Source: Tubulanus polymorphus (lineage: Eukaryota; Animalia; Nemertea). From it: DNA of 64,000 nucleotides. Position numbers and translations under genes: made by a program. Position 1 is the stretch's first letter, and each line of letters opens with the position of its first letter. Below, piece by piece: positions 37,056-50,111 of this stretch. The DNA is taken from assembly GCF_964204645.1 (NCBI RefSeq), contig NC_134026.1:11493950-11557949 (forward strand), written 5' to 3'. The notes under the pieces were generated by a model. The model saw only the letters and a program-made list of their open reading frames with translations, was not told the DNA's origin and made no database searches.

Positions 37056-39338
37056 CAATATACTTATACATCTGGACGCAAGCGGACTGAATGCAGTAAA
37101 CAGAATCACAATCGATACCATTAGCGTAGTCTATTAATTAAACCCAACGCCATTTTCTTTTATTAATTACACCTACATACCCCGATTTTGACACTTGAGG
37201 TATGTTCTGATATGGATCGAACCGGAACGACCGTCTATCAATACGCATAGAACTGTCTGACCACTTTTGCTTTATTTCACCACATACGCATTACATTAAG
37301 TTTACTGTTTCTGATGTTTTGACTGTAAACTCAGTCTCATTGCCGCGATAGCTGGAAAGCTGCCTCCTTTTTGGCTTCAGAATAGCAAGCTCAGTCTATT
37401 TACGCGCGGTGGTGACGGTCCATCAATGCGCATAGCACTGTCCGTTTGATTGCGACGCATCCACACACCTACCTATGCACTGTATATTAGAAACACAAAA
37501 CTGCTCCTGTGTAAAAACTTTTCCTTTTAGGCAAACTCAGCACCAGATGTGAAGTACCGATTGCGCTCCCCTTGACGGAGAAACCCATCCTCATCGGAGC
37601 TGCACCGTCGATGTCATAAACTACACTTTGGATACCCAAGGACCATACTCTCATCTGGAAAATTTGCGTTTCGAAATGTGCTTCCTTTCTATCTAGTCAA
37701 CACGTGGAACAATCAACTTAGAGGACTTCTACATCAACATCTACCCAAGAAAAAAACCACAATAAACTTTCGGACTATTTACACGTAGAAAACGACCAAA
37801 AAAATATAAAAATGGACAAAATGATCTTCACCCTTGTAATTAGCTACTTCCAAAATCTTGATGTATTAAATTAGGCAGCCAGAAAAATTCACCCCAATCA
37901 GTCGCTTGCCGTTTCAGACTGCTTGGAAGATTGTTTAAATGAACCGGAACCGAATTTCCAATTATGTACTTCTATTTAAAAAAGAAAATTCTGTAAATTA
38001 GACCGCCGAGCAAACAACTATATCTGTACTTCGATTTCCGATTTCAAAATCAAACCCCCTGTTTCGCTCCCAGCAGGTGTGGTGGGTCTGTAAGGGACAC
38101 TCAATCAAAAAATCTAACGAAATTTACAAACCAAATAAACAACAGGGACAATCCCTATTTTAAGATCAAAAAAGACCCTTGGTGAGCTAATAATGCTCAA
38201 CCCTTATGGTGATGAGCACAAAATAACTAGAGGAATGCCTGAATCATATTCAGAAGCGCATGTTTACCGGTATGAATTCTCTTCGTGAAAGTATTAAAAA
38301 AAGTGGTGCCAAAACAATAAGAGGTCGCGGAAAAGTCACCAAAGATAGAATGCTGAGGTGGCAAAGCTATTTCAGAAATGCCATTATGAATAATGGCACT
38401 ATAGAAGAGATGCAAAATGCAATATGGGCTATTTTATTTCATTCAACTCAAACTCCGAATTGTCCGCCTGAGCGCCAGCATACGAGATGTGATGACTGGT
38501 GCTGGTATAAATCTGTTATACCAGAGGGGAAAAAACCCTGATGAGGTCAAACAACAAAAACAAATTGACCCTGATCTAACAAATGATGTAGGAGAGCTGT
38601 TTATACCTTGAAAAATGTGACTTCCAGCGCGAAAAGGCATCGGAAAAAAGGGCCCAACCTGCCAATAAACAAAAAAGACTGGAGAAAAAACTGGCTAAAA
38701 GAAGGAAGGAAGATGTGGAAGATGATCTGGAACAAGCCTATGGAGCTGGATGTTGTGATATCAATGAATAAATACAAAACAAACATTATATTTTGAAGGT
38801 ACAACGTTATTGGTTTCTTTATCGCGATTTTCTCAAAACCATGTATTGCCGGCTGGCAAAAAATCGTTCTCAAAAAGTATTCAACATAGCTGCCTGAAAT
38901 TTTCTGTGGTTCATTATAACATTCTAAGCTACATAACAATGCAATAATGCATCTTTTTCATATATTGTATCTTTGGTTTGGATGCATGGGGGATTTTTGG
39001 GAAAATTTTTTTCCCAAAATGGGGGCGTGGCAGTAGGCACTGAATTTTGACCCCTTATATCAAACCAAAATGCATGCAAATGGTCTTATTATGTAATTTG
39101 GGATCTAAAATAATGATTAGGTAGTTATTTACTTAAAAGATTTCATTTAGAGGTCAAACCATTTTTTTGAAAAATTGACCACACCCAAAATTTTGATGGT
39201 CTGTTGCCATAGCAACGGGCCACCTAGGATTCAAAAATTTGGTGTGAGGAATGCTTATGTGTGTATGAAAAATCCCACCAAATTTCATCCAATTTGGTTG
39301 ATTTATAGTAGTAGGTCCATATGGACCAGCTTCTACCC

Positions 39339-39455
39339 TTAAACAAAATAATTTTTCGGTCCAGGCGGCAACTGGACAAGGTGCCAAGGTGAATTTTTAT
39401 TCAGATTCTGGTAATCTTACTCCATATGACAATAAAGGTAATAAGCACCAGTATT
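39339..39455 (+). mobile_element. Copia pol continuation after the nested insertion (then truncated)
   Basis: Joining 30444 to 39339 gives LFIPT-FKQNNFSVQAATGQGAKVNF, a Copia pol motif. No 3' LTR was seen. Confidence 0.75.
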
Positions 39456-40244
39456 GAAAGCGCAACACAGCGGGCGTGTGTATATACATGTATCCACAGT
39501 ATAGTACACTTTGTCAGGCACTACAGTGTGTATGTACGTAATCGCTACTGGCTGGCATCATCATCTAACCTTTTCAAAGGATGTATTTTGTTGTCGAAAT
39601 AAGACAATAACAAAACAAATCAAAGCTAGTGCTATATTGAAATTGTCATCCTTGCTAAGTTTGGTATACCAAATAAGATAGCCGACTTCATTATATTCCT
39701 CACAATGAACAAATTATATATATTATACTGAACCACGCGCAGTATGAATGTCGAATTATTATGCTAGCCATTTTATGGCTTTGCCACAATTACGTTGAAA
39801 GCACCGACATTCACCGAAATTCCGAGAAATTTTCAGTATTCACGTCGGAAACACTAATATAGGTCAAGAATTTTCAATGTTTTTTTTTCTTGGAAATTTT
39901 GCGTCATCCGTTCGAAGCTTACCGGCCGGAGCTCCACGCATAAATTCTACTAGCTTCAGAAAAAAAAAAACCCGTAAGTATTACAATTAAATTTTGTGCC
40001 GCAATATAACGTACCCTATACTTGATATATAGCAGACTACCAACAAACTGTTGATAATATAGGTAATTCAAAAAAGCTAATTAAGAAGAGACCGGCAACC
40101 AGAAAATCTATTGTTTATTCCCAATGAAGAGGCTGCCATCAAAAACACAAACCACTAGCAGATTTCTTTGAGAAGAATCGATGTTCCCATTCGCTTATAT
40201 TTCTATGGTAAAACCTATCATTCAGAGCTTGAAATTCAACTTAC

Positions 40245-40339
40245 CTATCTATACCAGCAAACATATCACCACTCAGTAAATGATTGCGCAACAATGTCTC
40301 TTGTGGTTCATTCAAGAATGAGACGCCTTCATAAATAAA
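40245..40339 (-). CDS. PNLDC1: PNLDC1-like exon
   Basis: ttatag|TTT ATT TAT GAA GGC...GAT AG|gtaagt encodes FIYEGVSFLNEPQETLLRNHLLSGDMFAGID(R), resembling 'F...G..Y/F.N..QE'. Confidence 0.88.
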
Positions 40340-40419
40340 CTATAAATAGATACACAAAGTTTTGAAATAAATATTTCTACGAAACCGTGGCAGGATAAAC
40401 ATATTCTTTGTCGAATCAA

Positions 40420-41870
40420 ATTAGGGGTCACCACGCCCACTTATGGAAGTGGTTTGAAATGCTGCTCAACGATCTGACGATTTCAATATTCAGTGCCCCT
40501 GGTGAACATATACAATGACCTTGAAACTTACCACAAAGCTAAAATCAAAGCTTCAAGATTCTGGCTATGGATGGACCGATGGATGGATGCAATTGAAAGT
40601 GAGCCCTATCTCTGGAGTTTAATATTGCAATTGAACGTGATTATGCAAAATATATCTGTTGTCGCAGGTCCTTCTTTGCTCTGCATGTTCAACGAGCTGT
40701 TCGTTCTCTACTCTAATCTCCAGGATCCTAATTAACTTGTGACTCAGGGAAACCTCAAGCAGGAATTTACGAACCGTCACAAATATAAAAGCAATTTCAA
40801 AATTTCAAAAATGTGAAGGAGCTGATTTTTGCGAACAACAATGGCCACAAGTCAGCCATATTGATTCTGACTGGGCCAGTTTTTGGCTGAAGATGTGTTT
40901 AGGGTAGATATCATCCTCCCCCGGCAGGGATTCGAACCTGATGGCATCGAGATTGCCACGGCACGAAACCCTGCCATAATCGACCACGTGCGCAGATACA
41001 TGCGCAGTTCAGATGATGTGATTTTTAGCCAATCAGAAATCCCGTTTTATTTTAGCCCGGGTTTTCCCATTTATAGTTCTTCCTTGAAATTTGCCTAAAC
41101 GATTATACAACGAGTAATCTGATTGGTGCCGCCAGTTTTCGGTCGGAAAGCTGCGCATGTACCTGCGCACCCGGTCTACTGATGCAGGGGTTCGTGCCCT
41201 GGCTGAGTGTAGCGATGCCATCAGGTTCGAGTCCCTGCAGAGGGAGGATGGGTAGATATATGTAAAAACTAAATATCAGGACAATCCATTCATTTTGAAG
41301 CGTCTTCACAACTTCCCAAAATAACTGGATTCCGTTTACAGACAGACAAGACGAGAAGTAACGCAATAGCCCACTGGGACATAAGTCCTAACTGGGATAA
41401 AAATAAGATCTAGGGGTCCAGGGACACCATGCCTACTTGGAGAGTGGTTTCAAACGCTGAACATTCTGACAATTTCAATATTCAATGCCCCTAGTGACCA
41501 TGTACAAAAACTAATAACCATGAAACTCACCACAATCATAGAACATGCCACGAGCTACAATTTTGCATTGGATATAAAAACGAAATATGCCTTGGTACCA
41601 ATATAATACGGAAATAGTGAATTATTCAACTATTCAATGCCTCCTGTTGACCATAGAATAACCAATGACCTTGAAACTCATAAAAATCATAAAATATAAC
41701 ATGAGCTACAACTTTGCAATTGATTGTTCAGTTTTTGGGCTGAAGATGTGTCTAGGGTAGACACATGTGTAAACCAAATATCAAGACATTACATTGAAGC
41801 ATCTTTAAAACTTTCCAAAATAACTGGTTTCCGTCTACGGACAAAAAGTCCTCAGCGGGCTAAAAATTTA
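40420..41870. mobile_element. Helentron/HINE-like family B copies (two adjacent, partial)
   Basis: Share gggtc(c)agggacac/cacgcccacttgg, the 'aatgaccttgaaactcaccacaatcatagaaca' subrepeat and the terminal hairpin tagccc-ctgggac...gtcc-...gggNtaaaaa (41367) with the copy at 51318-52062. Confidence 0.6.
40912..41250. mobile_element. 339-bp MITE with long TIRs and 9-bp TSD (Mutator-like)
   Basis: GGTAGATAT|CATCCTCCC...GGGAGGATG|GGTAGATAT with ~130-bp imperfect TIRs. A paralogous empty site lies at ~41752. Confidence 0.85.
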
Positions 41871-41939
41871 AACACTCTTCTAAATGATCTTTATATCTGT
41901 GAACAGTGAACTAAATTAAACTGATTCCCTCTGCAAATC

Positions 41940-42874
41940 ATTACCTGACACGGGTTCACAGATGATACCCAGGCCTACAAACTCATTAAATGCCTCAACA
42001 ATCCGCTTAAAGTTACACAACAGCTTCAGAATGTGGAGTCTTGTTTACAAGCTGTTTTTAACTGGTACACGGCCAACCTTCTTAAGGCAAATACATCAAA
42101 AACTGAGATACTCTTACTTGGGACGAAAAAACGCCTCCGATCTGTTGACATCAAATCATTGACTGTTGCTGGTGTAGAAGTTCTTGTATCAGAAAAACCA
42201 ATTCGTAATCTGGGCGTCATGTTTCATTGTGAGCTCATCATGAAATCACATGTTCAATCAGTTCTAAAAAGTGGATATTATCACATCCGTAACATTGGGC
42301 TGGCACGTAGGAACTTAACCTGCACAGCTACTAAATCACTTGTTCAGGCCCTTGTTCTTTCAAGGATGGATTATTGTAATAGTCTGCTCTGTGGAATTTC
42401 GCATGAACTGATTCGTAAACTTCAATTGCTTCAAAACTGTGCTGCTCGTCTCGTTATGCGTGTTTCTAAATTCGAGCACATTACACCTATATTGCGTGAG
42501 CTGCACTGGCTACCAGTCGACGCCAGGATTAAGTACAAGGCTATGTTGCTGACCTTCAAAGCTCTCACTGGCTCCGCCCCTGTATATATCAGTGAACTTA
42601 TTCAAGTCTACATCCCTGCTCGTACATTACGTTCGGCTAATCAGCACAAATTAGTTGAACCCACATACCGTTTGTGTAATTTTGGAGGAAGAACATTTTC
42701 ACGGTGTGCGCCCAGACTCTGGAACCAATTCATTGACTCTCATCAAAAAGTTCTTGATATGTCGCCTGTCCAATTCAAGTCTCACCTCAAAACAGTACTT
42801 TTCCGTGCATTCTATGACACTCTAGCGGAGCGCTTTTGAACTTTGCCTTTTTAGCATGGAATTACAGCGCTTTA

Positions 42875-42919
<45 letters not shown>
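41940..42919 (+). mobile_element. 5'-truncated L2/CR1-type LINE with (TTA)n tail
   Basis: DDTQ remnant. ORF 42033-42839 has RNLGV.F, LVQALVLSRMDYCNSLL, LQLLQN.AARLV, HITPILRELHWLPV and R.FS..APRLWN. (TTA)n at 42881-42919. Confidence 0.92.
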
Positions 42920-42921
<2 letters not shown>

Positions 42922-43705
42922 TGTAAAAAGTTTTCTCAATACATGTATTTAACGGACTTATAATGCAGTTGTTAACCTTTTTGCTGTATATGATGAGCTA
43001 GGCTTGACATTTGGCTCATACACGATACAGCTAATAGAGTAATTGTCATCATGTTGTTTAAAACCATCGAAAACATGCAAGATGACTTATTTCTGCTTTT
43101 TTTCCAAAAGATGAAGAAAATTTTTCCATTTGTTTTGGGTGGTTATGGGAATTTTACACCTGTTGTGCAGACACATTTTGAACATGGCAAAAAGAGAGCG
43201 AGCATCAGAGACCGAGCTCCACCATGAGATACCTAATGATCCAGACAGTGCAGGGACGGTACCGGTACCGTATGTAAGTAGATCATTTTAAATCCTGGAT
43301 TTTACCACTTAAATGTTCAGACCTCGACCTATACATAGTTTGCTGCTTAGTATTTTCAGGCCACAAGAAATTACAATATATTACAAATTCTATCAAACAG
43401 AAAACACAGTGCACATCCTCTGCCATGAAAGTTTAAATTTTCCTTTTAAACTTGTACGCACCAGCAAGCTGCGTTACAGTATCACTGTATAGTAGTGTAA
43501 CTGTACGAGTGTTTGTGTGTGTGTGTGCAACAGTCCAATGATTAGTGCTCGCGCGCACGTGGAAGCTTATGTGTACACTTCAATGTCAATCAGAAAAATC
43601 ACCGGGAATAAAAATATAATTTGCCCGTCCTCGTCACTTTCTGATGAGAAACTCGGGTAATTGTTTGCGTGACCTAATAATTGAGTAGACTGATATCTAA
43701 CTTAC

Positions 43706-43753
43706 TTTGTTGAAATCAAAATTATATCTACGAAGAAATTTAAGACTGCTAGC
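43706..43753 (-). CDS. PNLDC1: PNLDC1-like exon
   Basis: ttgtag|GCT AGC AGT CTT AAA TTT...AAC AAA|gtaagt encodes ASSLKFLRRYNFDFNK, the hallmark CAF1 motif 'SS..FL....FDFNK'. Confidence 0.92.
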
Positions 43754-43882
43754 CTACAAATAAAAATGAAGTTTCTTCAATATTACCTGCAAATTGAATC
43801 ATAAACATAATGATAATCATTATTATTAGTTTGTATTGTTCTTTTATATCTAAATGAATTTCAATTCAATGATTTGGTTTAC

Positions 43883-43958
43883 CTGACAGATGAATCTAGG
43901 ATCAATTGGTCCAAATGCTTCTGGGCACAAATATATGTTGTACGTGAATGATTCATAC
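43883..43958 (-). CDS. PNLDC1: PNLDC1-like exon
   Basis: tttcag|G TAT GAA...TGT CAG|gtaaa encodes YESFTYNIYLCPEAFGPIDPRFICQ, matching the 'N.Y..P..FG..D..F..Q' motif of PNLDC1/PARN. Confidence 0.9.
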
Positions 43959-45047
43959 CTGAAATATTGTACAATAATTGTTTTGAATTCCTGGGAGGAC
44001 CATTAGGTACTGTACATATGCATGCTCAGTTCTCCTAAGCTTTAAACATTACAATATCCAAGAATTTACCCTCTAATCAAGTTGGATAAAATTTTAAAGT
44101 CTATTCGCAACGAGCTGACGTGCGGCTTTTTCTCCACATCAAAGAGCAGCTACTGCTGTGAGCTGTCAGATAGCTGCTACACAAATGATCCATCACAGCT
44201 GCGCTGACCCACTGTAGCCCAGCGTCCACCAAGAGTGCATAACTACACACACACACACACACACATAACTTGCATCTCCAACCACTCGGTTCTTTAATAT
44301 TACACAAGTCAGTTTAAAATGCAAATGATTTGGTTGACAAATTCATTATAAATATCAGCGATGATTCTTCGTCTGAATTAGATTCAAACTATATAATATG
44401 GATGCATCCGCAAAAGAGAGTGACTGGGTAGAAAATTGGAGTTCAATCTGTGATAAACTTAAATTCTTCTATATTCCTATGACTGCATGTCTTGTGAAAT
44501 CTTGCTAGTTATTCACTCTTGCTGAATTTGTGTACAAAACCATAGCAACAAGCCACTTAACTGGCGCAGCATGCACTCTGCAACTGAGTTCACTACTGTA
44601 AACTGATACCCCTGTGGTCAAAAAGCCGCACGTCAACTCGTTGTGAATAGACTTTACCACATATTTGCTGACTATATAAGTCTTCAAGATAGAGAAGAAA
44701 TATCAGTGAAGATTGACAAGAGAGTTCAGAATTCCTTACGCATGTGTATGGGCTGCATCATTACGATATCACAGAATAACATTGGTCGGATTACCGAAGT
44801 GTTAGGGGACTGACATGAGAAATTGCTTGAAAGCTTACTACTAAGGTGTAGATCATAATCACTGTCATATGCTGAATGGACACCTCGTCAGATCAAACCA
44901 TAGACAAACAGCCATAGACAAAAACAGTTTTTCGTAGAATTTTAACAAAGTTGACCATGTCATCGATGGAGGTTCGCCACGTCTTCAATCGCATCGATTA
45001 TACGTCGTTTAGGCCGAGAACCAATAAAACATTGTATAAATAAAATA

Positions 45048-45672
45048 CCGTATTTTCCGGCCAATAAGCCGATTTTCTAGCCTCAGATTTTTACCCAAAA
45101 TATTGTGATCGGCTTATTGGGCGGATACGATCTGACATAAAAAATCACTTCCTGATCTATGCCACTCTAATGCTCTCAATGATCGTCAAAATCAAGAAAA
45201 GTGGTCGATATTTATTTGAGGTCATTATTTACTACCAATTATAATCTATTTTGAACTATTTTATTTTTACTTTGATTGTTCTATCATCGCACAGCGGCAA
45301 TGGTATACATTTGTATAACGCGCGAGTTCATCGTACTACCACGTGTCAGTTCATACATTAGTATATATGCAAATCAGCAGTGAGCCGCGTACTGCGTGTA
45401 TGGCTGTGTGTATAGTAATCAGCTGAGTGAGTCTATGTATAGCACAGTCACTCGGCGATGATAGTATACACAGCACTCTCACACATCGGCGGGCGCTACT
45501 GTCAGCCTCTTACATCGTCAATTAAGACGAACTAATTGACAAATCAGTGAATTAAAATCTCTGATGAAGGGCCTCGGCTTATTGGGCGAAGCTTTATGAA
45601 ATCCATGTATTTTAGGCTAAAAAACTGCCCTCGGCTTATTGGCCGAGTCAGCTTATTGGCCGGAAAATACGG
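45048..45672. mobile_element. Tc1/mariner(pogo)-type MITE
   Basis: TA|CCGTATTTTCCGGCCAATAAGC ... GCTTATTGGCCGGAAAATACGG|TA, with internal repeats of cggcttattgg. Confidence 0.9.
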
Positions 45673-47384
45673 TATTGATTTATTGAATAGTTTGTTTTGT
45701 TTGACGATATGTATGCATCACACGCGTCAGTCTAACCATAACTACTGCTGTGCGCTAATCAATAGACACCACGTGCACGCAGGTATATACTCTAGTGATC
45801 AGTAATGTATAGACGCTGCTCACTAGCGTGCGACGCGTGTATGAATGCTATTGTTTAAACCACATCGTTCCACTATTTTCTTATTCATATCGTGTCAGCG
45901 TGTGGCCACCTACAATACTGTTGTAGCAGTACGCGGTACAGTATCGATTTTCTAGATGTACGCTCAGGATAGCCACGCATGTCGATTATTACGGAACTCA
46001 CCACAAGTGTCATAACTGATCATAACCCCCTACCCCCTTTATTTTAACATCAAATCTTTATCGGTCTTGTAGTTCACCTGACCATTAACTAATAGCCAGT
46101 TTAGACTTGTTTTATGTCTAAAATGGATAAGACGCTGGTCTTATTGCAAGGGCCGGTGGCAAGATGGGAAGAGGAAAATCGATATACACATTGCCTTTCA
46201 AAACTTCAAAGGAGCGATCAAATTCAAACGGCAACTCTTGTTTTAATAATCATATTTATTTTCAGATAATATATTCATATCAAAAGGTAGGATAGGAGCT
46301 AGGCCTAATCATATCAGAAGTTTTGTCTTAGAGTATTGGTTGGAACATTCTTTTCGAAAAAATCTATAATTCCTGCTTCAATGAGTCGAGGTGGTGATTC
46401 ACTCTTGGGATACCGGTATCTGTAAAACAATGAGTAAGATCAATAGAAATAAAGGGAAATTTAAATTGCATTGAAATTAATTGCAATCACAGTGTAATAG
46501 ACAAGAGGATTGATATTCTGTCGGTCGGTCCCGTACTAACTTCTTGCTGTATGTAGTACACATTTTCGGGGCACTAAGGACCACTGACAATCATTATTCA
46601 TAGAATATCTTACCTTCAATGAGCAAAAATAACGTGTTAATACGCGTGTGAATAAACCAGGAAATGCGGTAGTGCGCGGTGTCTCTAGTGTATATAATCT
46701 AGTGTAACAAATATAATGGAAGAAACCGAAACTTTGATCTGTCGAAACACAATGTCAACATTGCGACTGAAATATTATGAAATGAAAATTAACCTTGATC
46801 TCGATTGATAAAAATCCACTATTCGACGCATTCTGTGAAAACTTGAATTTTGAAAATGTTCCTAATCAGATCTCAGGACCATCTAGATAAAACGTGTGCC
46901 ACCCGTTTTACTGAAATTTTTGGCGATAGGCAAATGCATTGGAAGCATGACGACATCAGCTAGTGATAGCAAAAGCGAACCATAGGTTCGCTAATTAAGT
47001 CGGAATTCTGATTAAAGTCGGAAGATTGGGATCCCTGATGAACAGGAGGCCCACGGGCCTCATACCTTCATGACACAGTAGATGTAGAATGATTCAGTAT
47101 TCAAAGTTTGATAGAAGTTTTACAGGTGATGATGTTCATTTTCTGTTCATATATCCTCACATGAGAAGGCATGAGAGCCAACCCCCTGTTAGCTGCCCCA
47201 AACCTCACACTACATGAAAACGATAGTACCATAAGGTCAATATGGTCGAAGACAGAGTTTAAAAGTTACAAGTAGTGAGAAGTGGATGCATGAGATGTCA
47301 GTTTTCTTATTAGTGAAAACAAAATTTAAGTTTCTCATTATATCTTTTATCCACTAAAACCAAACAAGGTATTTCTTCGTCCGT

Positions 47385-48160
47385 CTATCCTATGAGCAAT
47401 CATTGTCCTTAGCTAACTGTGGCAGAATCTGCTCCAACACTCATGACTGCGACCAACGTCTACAACAACTGAAAAATGCGTTCCGCCAACTCCAGTACAA
47501 CCCTGCAACCATCCACCAACAAATCACACCCGCTACTCACATACCCAAAGAACACTTCCATACAACCCGCGTTCGTCTGAAGAAGCTGAAAGAATCCCCA
47601 TTGCAGTCACCTACAGTCCCCGCCTACGCAGAATCCAATGAATGATATCAGATCTTCAACACATAATCGAAGAAGATGATCATCTAGTACGCAACATACT
47701 ACCTCTAAGACCAGCCATAGCTTACAGCCAACCAGCAAACCTAAGCAAAAACCCTGATTAGCAGCGAACTATCCACCGAAGAAGGCTCAGACAACAAATA
47801 CACGCACCCTGCAACAAATCTAGATGTCAACTCTGTCCTCTCATCAACTCATCAAAAACCATCACTGAGGCCAACAACCAACAACTCAAAAGTCACTGGA
47901 CCCCACACATGCGACTCCACTTACGTTGTTTATGCCATCACATGTGATATCTACCCTGGAACCATCTACATCGAAGAGACTGGACAAACATTACATCAAC
48001 GCTTGAACGGTCACAAATTTAATATCAGACACAAAAAAATGGATTTAAACCTATTGGCAAACATTTAAATCTTCCCACCACACTATCAGTAATTTCAAAG
48101 GGACTGCGTTACATAAAATGAGCACTTCTCATAAACATTTGCGCAAAATTATGGAACAAC
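47385..48160 (+). mobile_element. Penelope-like element remnant (GIY-YIG endonuclease region)
   Basis: RICS...L...F...Y, AY.QP.NL, PCNKSRCQLCP, VVYAITC...YI.ETGQ.L..RLNGH...IR. Many frameshifts. Confidence 0.8.
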
Positions 48161-48932
48161 CAGGGGTCCAGGGACGCCATGCCCACTTGGAAGTGGTTTC
48201 AAATGCTCAACAATCTAACAATTTCAATATTCAACGCTCCCATCCAATGACCTTGAAAAAAATCAATGACCTTGAAACTCACCACAATTGTAGAACGTGT
48301 CAGCAGCTACGATTTTGAACTTGATTGTGCTAACAAAGTATGCAAAGTTACCACTATAAAATGGAAATACTAAGTTATTCTATACAACGCCCCCTGGTGA
48401 CGATATGCAAAGCACAATGACTTTGAAACTTACCATAATCATAGCACATGTCATGAGCTACAACTTTTCAATTGATCATGGCAACAAAATATGCCTAGGT
48501 GCTAATATAATAAGGGAATACTTATGTTATTGAATTGTTCAACGCCCCTGGTGGCCATATACAAAAACCAATGACCTTGAATCTCTTTACAATTATAGAC
48601 AATGTGATGAGCTAGAACTTGCCAATTGATTGTGGTAACAAAATATGCATAGGTGCGAATATAATATGGAAATACTAAGTAATTGAATTGTTAAACGTCC
48701 CATGGTGGCCATTTACAAAACCAATGACCTTGAAACTCACCACAATCATAGAACACGTTATGAGCTACAATTTTGTAATTGATTGCGGTAACAAACTATG
48801 CCTAGTTCCCAATATAATATCGAAATGCAAAGTTATTCTCGTTATTCAACGCCCCCTGGTGACCATATGCAAAGCCCAATGACTGCGAAACTCACTTCAT
48901 TCATAGAACATGTTATGAGCTACAACTTTACA
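48160..48932. repeat. ~154-bp satellite-like subrepeats of HINE-like family B
   Basis: caacgcccc(c)tggtg.cc at 48385, 48540, 48694 and 48847. The same unit recurs at ~51380-51910. Confidence 0.85.
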
Positions 48933-49888
48933 AACAGAAGACAATACAGAGGGTTCACGTGAACCTGATTTCTGCGGCTAAGCCAATCATAGAGGAGTCT
49001 TTGCTTTCTGATTAGCTTTTTAAACCGGTATTTTTGCCTTCAGATTTTTCGGAAAAAGCTCATGTAAATTTTAACGAGGCCCTTTTTCAAAATTCAGCTC
49101 CCTAGGATTCGGAGAATGGATATTACTTTAATGAATGATTTGTATGAATGTATGCTCAGTTTATTAAAATTCGCTCCATTTTTTAAGTAATAGGCTCAGC
49201 CTACGGCTGGCCTAAAAATCGGAACGGTTGGCAGCTCTGCTAAAGTAAGAAAGGAAATGGTCATATTTCAAACACGATCATTCTATAGTGTTTGAAAGAT
49301 GAGATGATTTTTATAGTAACAACATGGTGACAAGCAATTTGAAACAAGGAGCCTATCAGCTTATATATTTCCGCTGTGTGATTTGAAGAAATAGAAGCTG
49401 CATACCTAGGGGTGCCCCCTTGTGGCAAAATCCAAGAAAGGCTATGTACTTTGTAGGTATTGGTCCATAGAACATTCATACCAAATTTGGACTTGATCTG
49501 ATGAACTGTAGAACTAAAAAAAATTCATGGCCTTTTATTTTTTTTACAAATCCTTATCCCTTGGAAAATCCAGAATTAGACCGTTATACCGGCTATATCA
49601 TATATCGGCATCAATTAGTAGAATCGGGAAAGATTCATTGAAATTTTCATCATTTTCTCGCAGCATTTCCAAACCAAAAAGAGCTAATGGTCAAAACTTG
49701 TCACACTAAATCCAACCCCTAATTTCTCTCCTGATAACTACAGAGAGGTAACAATTTGTGTCACCAACAGGTCACAGAAAGTTACTCTCAAAACCATTCT
49801 ATAATACAAAATAGACCATAAAATAATAAGTTTTTATGATCAGCTATGTTGATCCTGAAAACATCTCATGGTCAACACCAATACTTAC

Positions 49889-49928
49889 TTAACTGGTGAA
49901 TTTTTGTTTGCCAAGAATATAGAAATAC
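49889..49928 (-). CDS. PNLDC1: PNLDC1-like exon
   Basis: tttcag|GT ATT TCT ATA TTC...GTT AA|gtaagt encodes (G)ISIFLANKNSPV(K). Its phases link both neighbouring exons. Confidence 0.85.
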
Positions 49929-50037
49929 CTGAAATGTAACAGAAATTTTTTCATCGAATTAATATCAATGCTTCGTGTAGGAGGCCTAATCCCAAATAGT
50001 TATTTCTTCTTTAGCAGTAAAGACTTGAATGATTTAC

Positions 50038-50111
50038 CTAATTGACAAGGTACAAGTTCTGAAGTAGACATTCTCAGTTTGTTATACCGCTCAGCACCAG
50101 AATCAAACAGA
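50038..50111 (-). CDS. PNLDC1: PNLDC1-like exon
   Basis: tttag|T CTG TTT GAT...CAA TTA G|gtaaat encodes (S)LFDSGAERYNKLRMSTSELVPCQL(G), resembling PNLDC1/PARN 'SLFD...Y.K.R......CQ.G'. Confidence 0.9.

Larger units (their letters stand above)
32360..38171 (+). mobile_element. L1-clade (Tx1-like) non-LTR retrotransposon, apparently full-length, 9-bp TSD
   Basis: TSD AAGACCCTT at 32351-32359 and 38172-38180. Short 5' UTR, ORF1, ORF2, ~1.1-kb 3' UTR and a short A tail. Confidence 0.92.
30445..39338 (+). mobile_element. Kolobok-Hydra-type ('Mutator-like transposase' domain) DNA transposon, left end deleted, split by L1
   Basis: Fragments: C..C, FEINRRAV, SYDGTWMKRGFTS..G, KSKYC..C, G.SG.ME, DGDSK, then after the L1 NPYG...ECLNHIQKRM, GRGKVT, Y.RNAI, AIWA..FH, H..C...WC.Y. 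The right end ...ctaccc|TTAA sits at a Copia TTAA site. Confidence 0.75.

Noticed and set aside
43171-43273. Plus-strand exon-like segment (tgcag...gtaagt)
   Set aside because: It has no recognisable protein similarity and no partner exons, and lies antisense within the host intron.
47385-48160. Penelope-associated hammerhead ribozyme
   Set aside because: The element is truncated before its terminal repeat, and no CUGAUGA...GAAA core with the required stems was found nearby.
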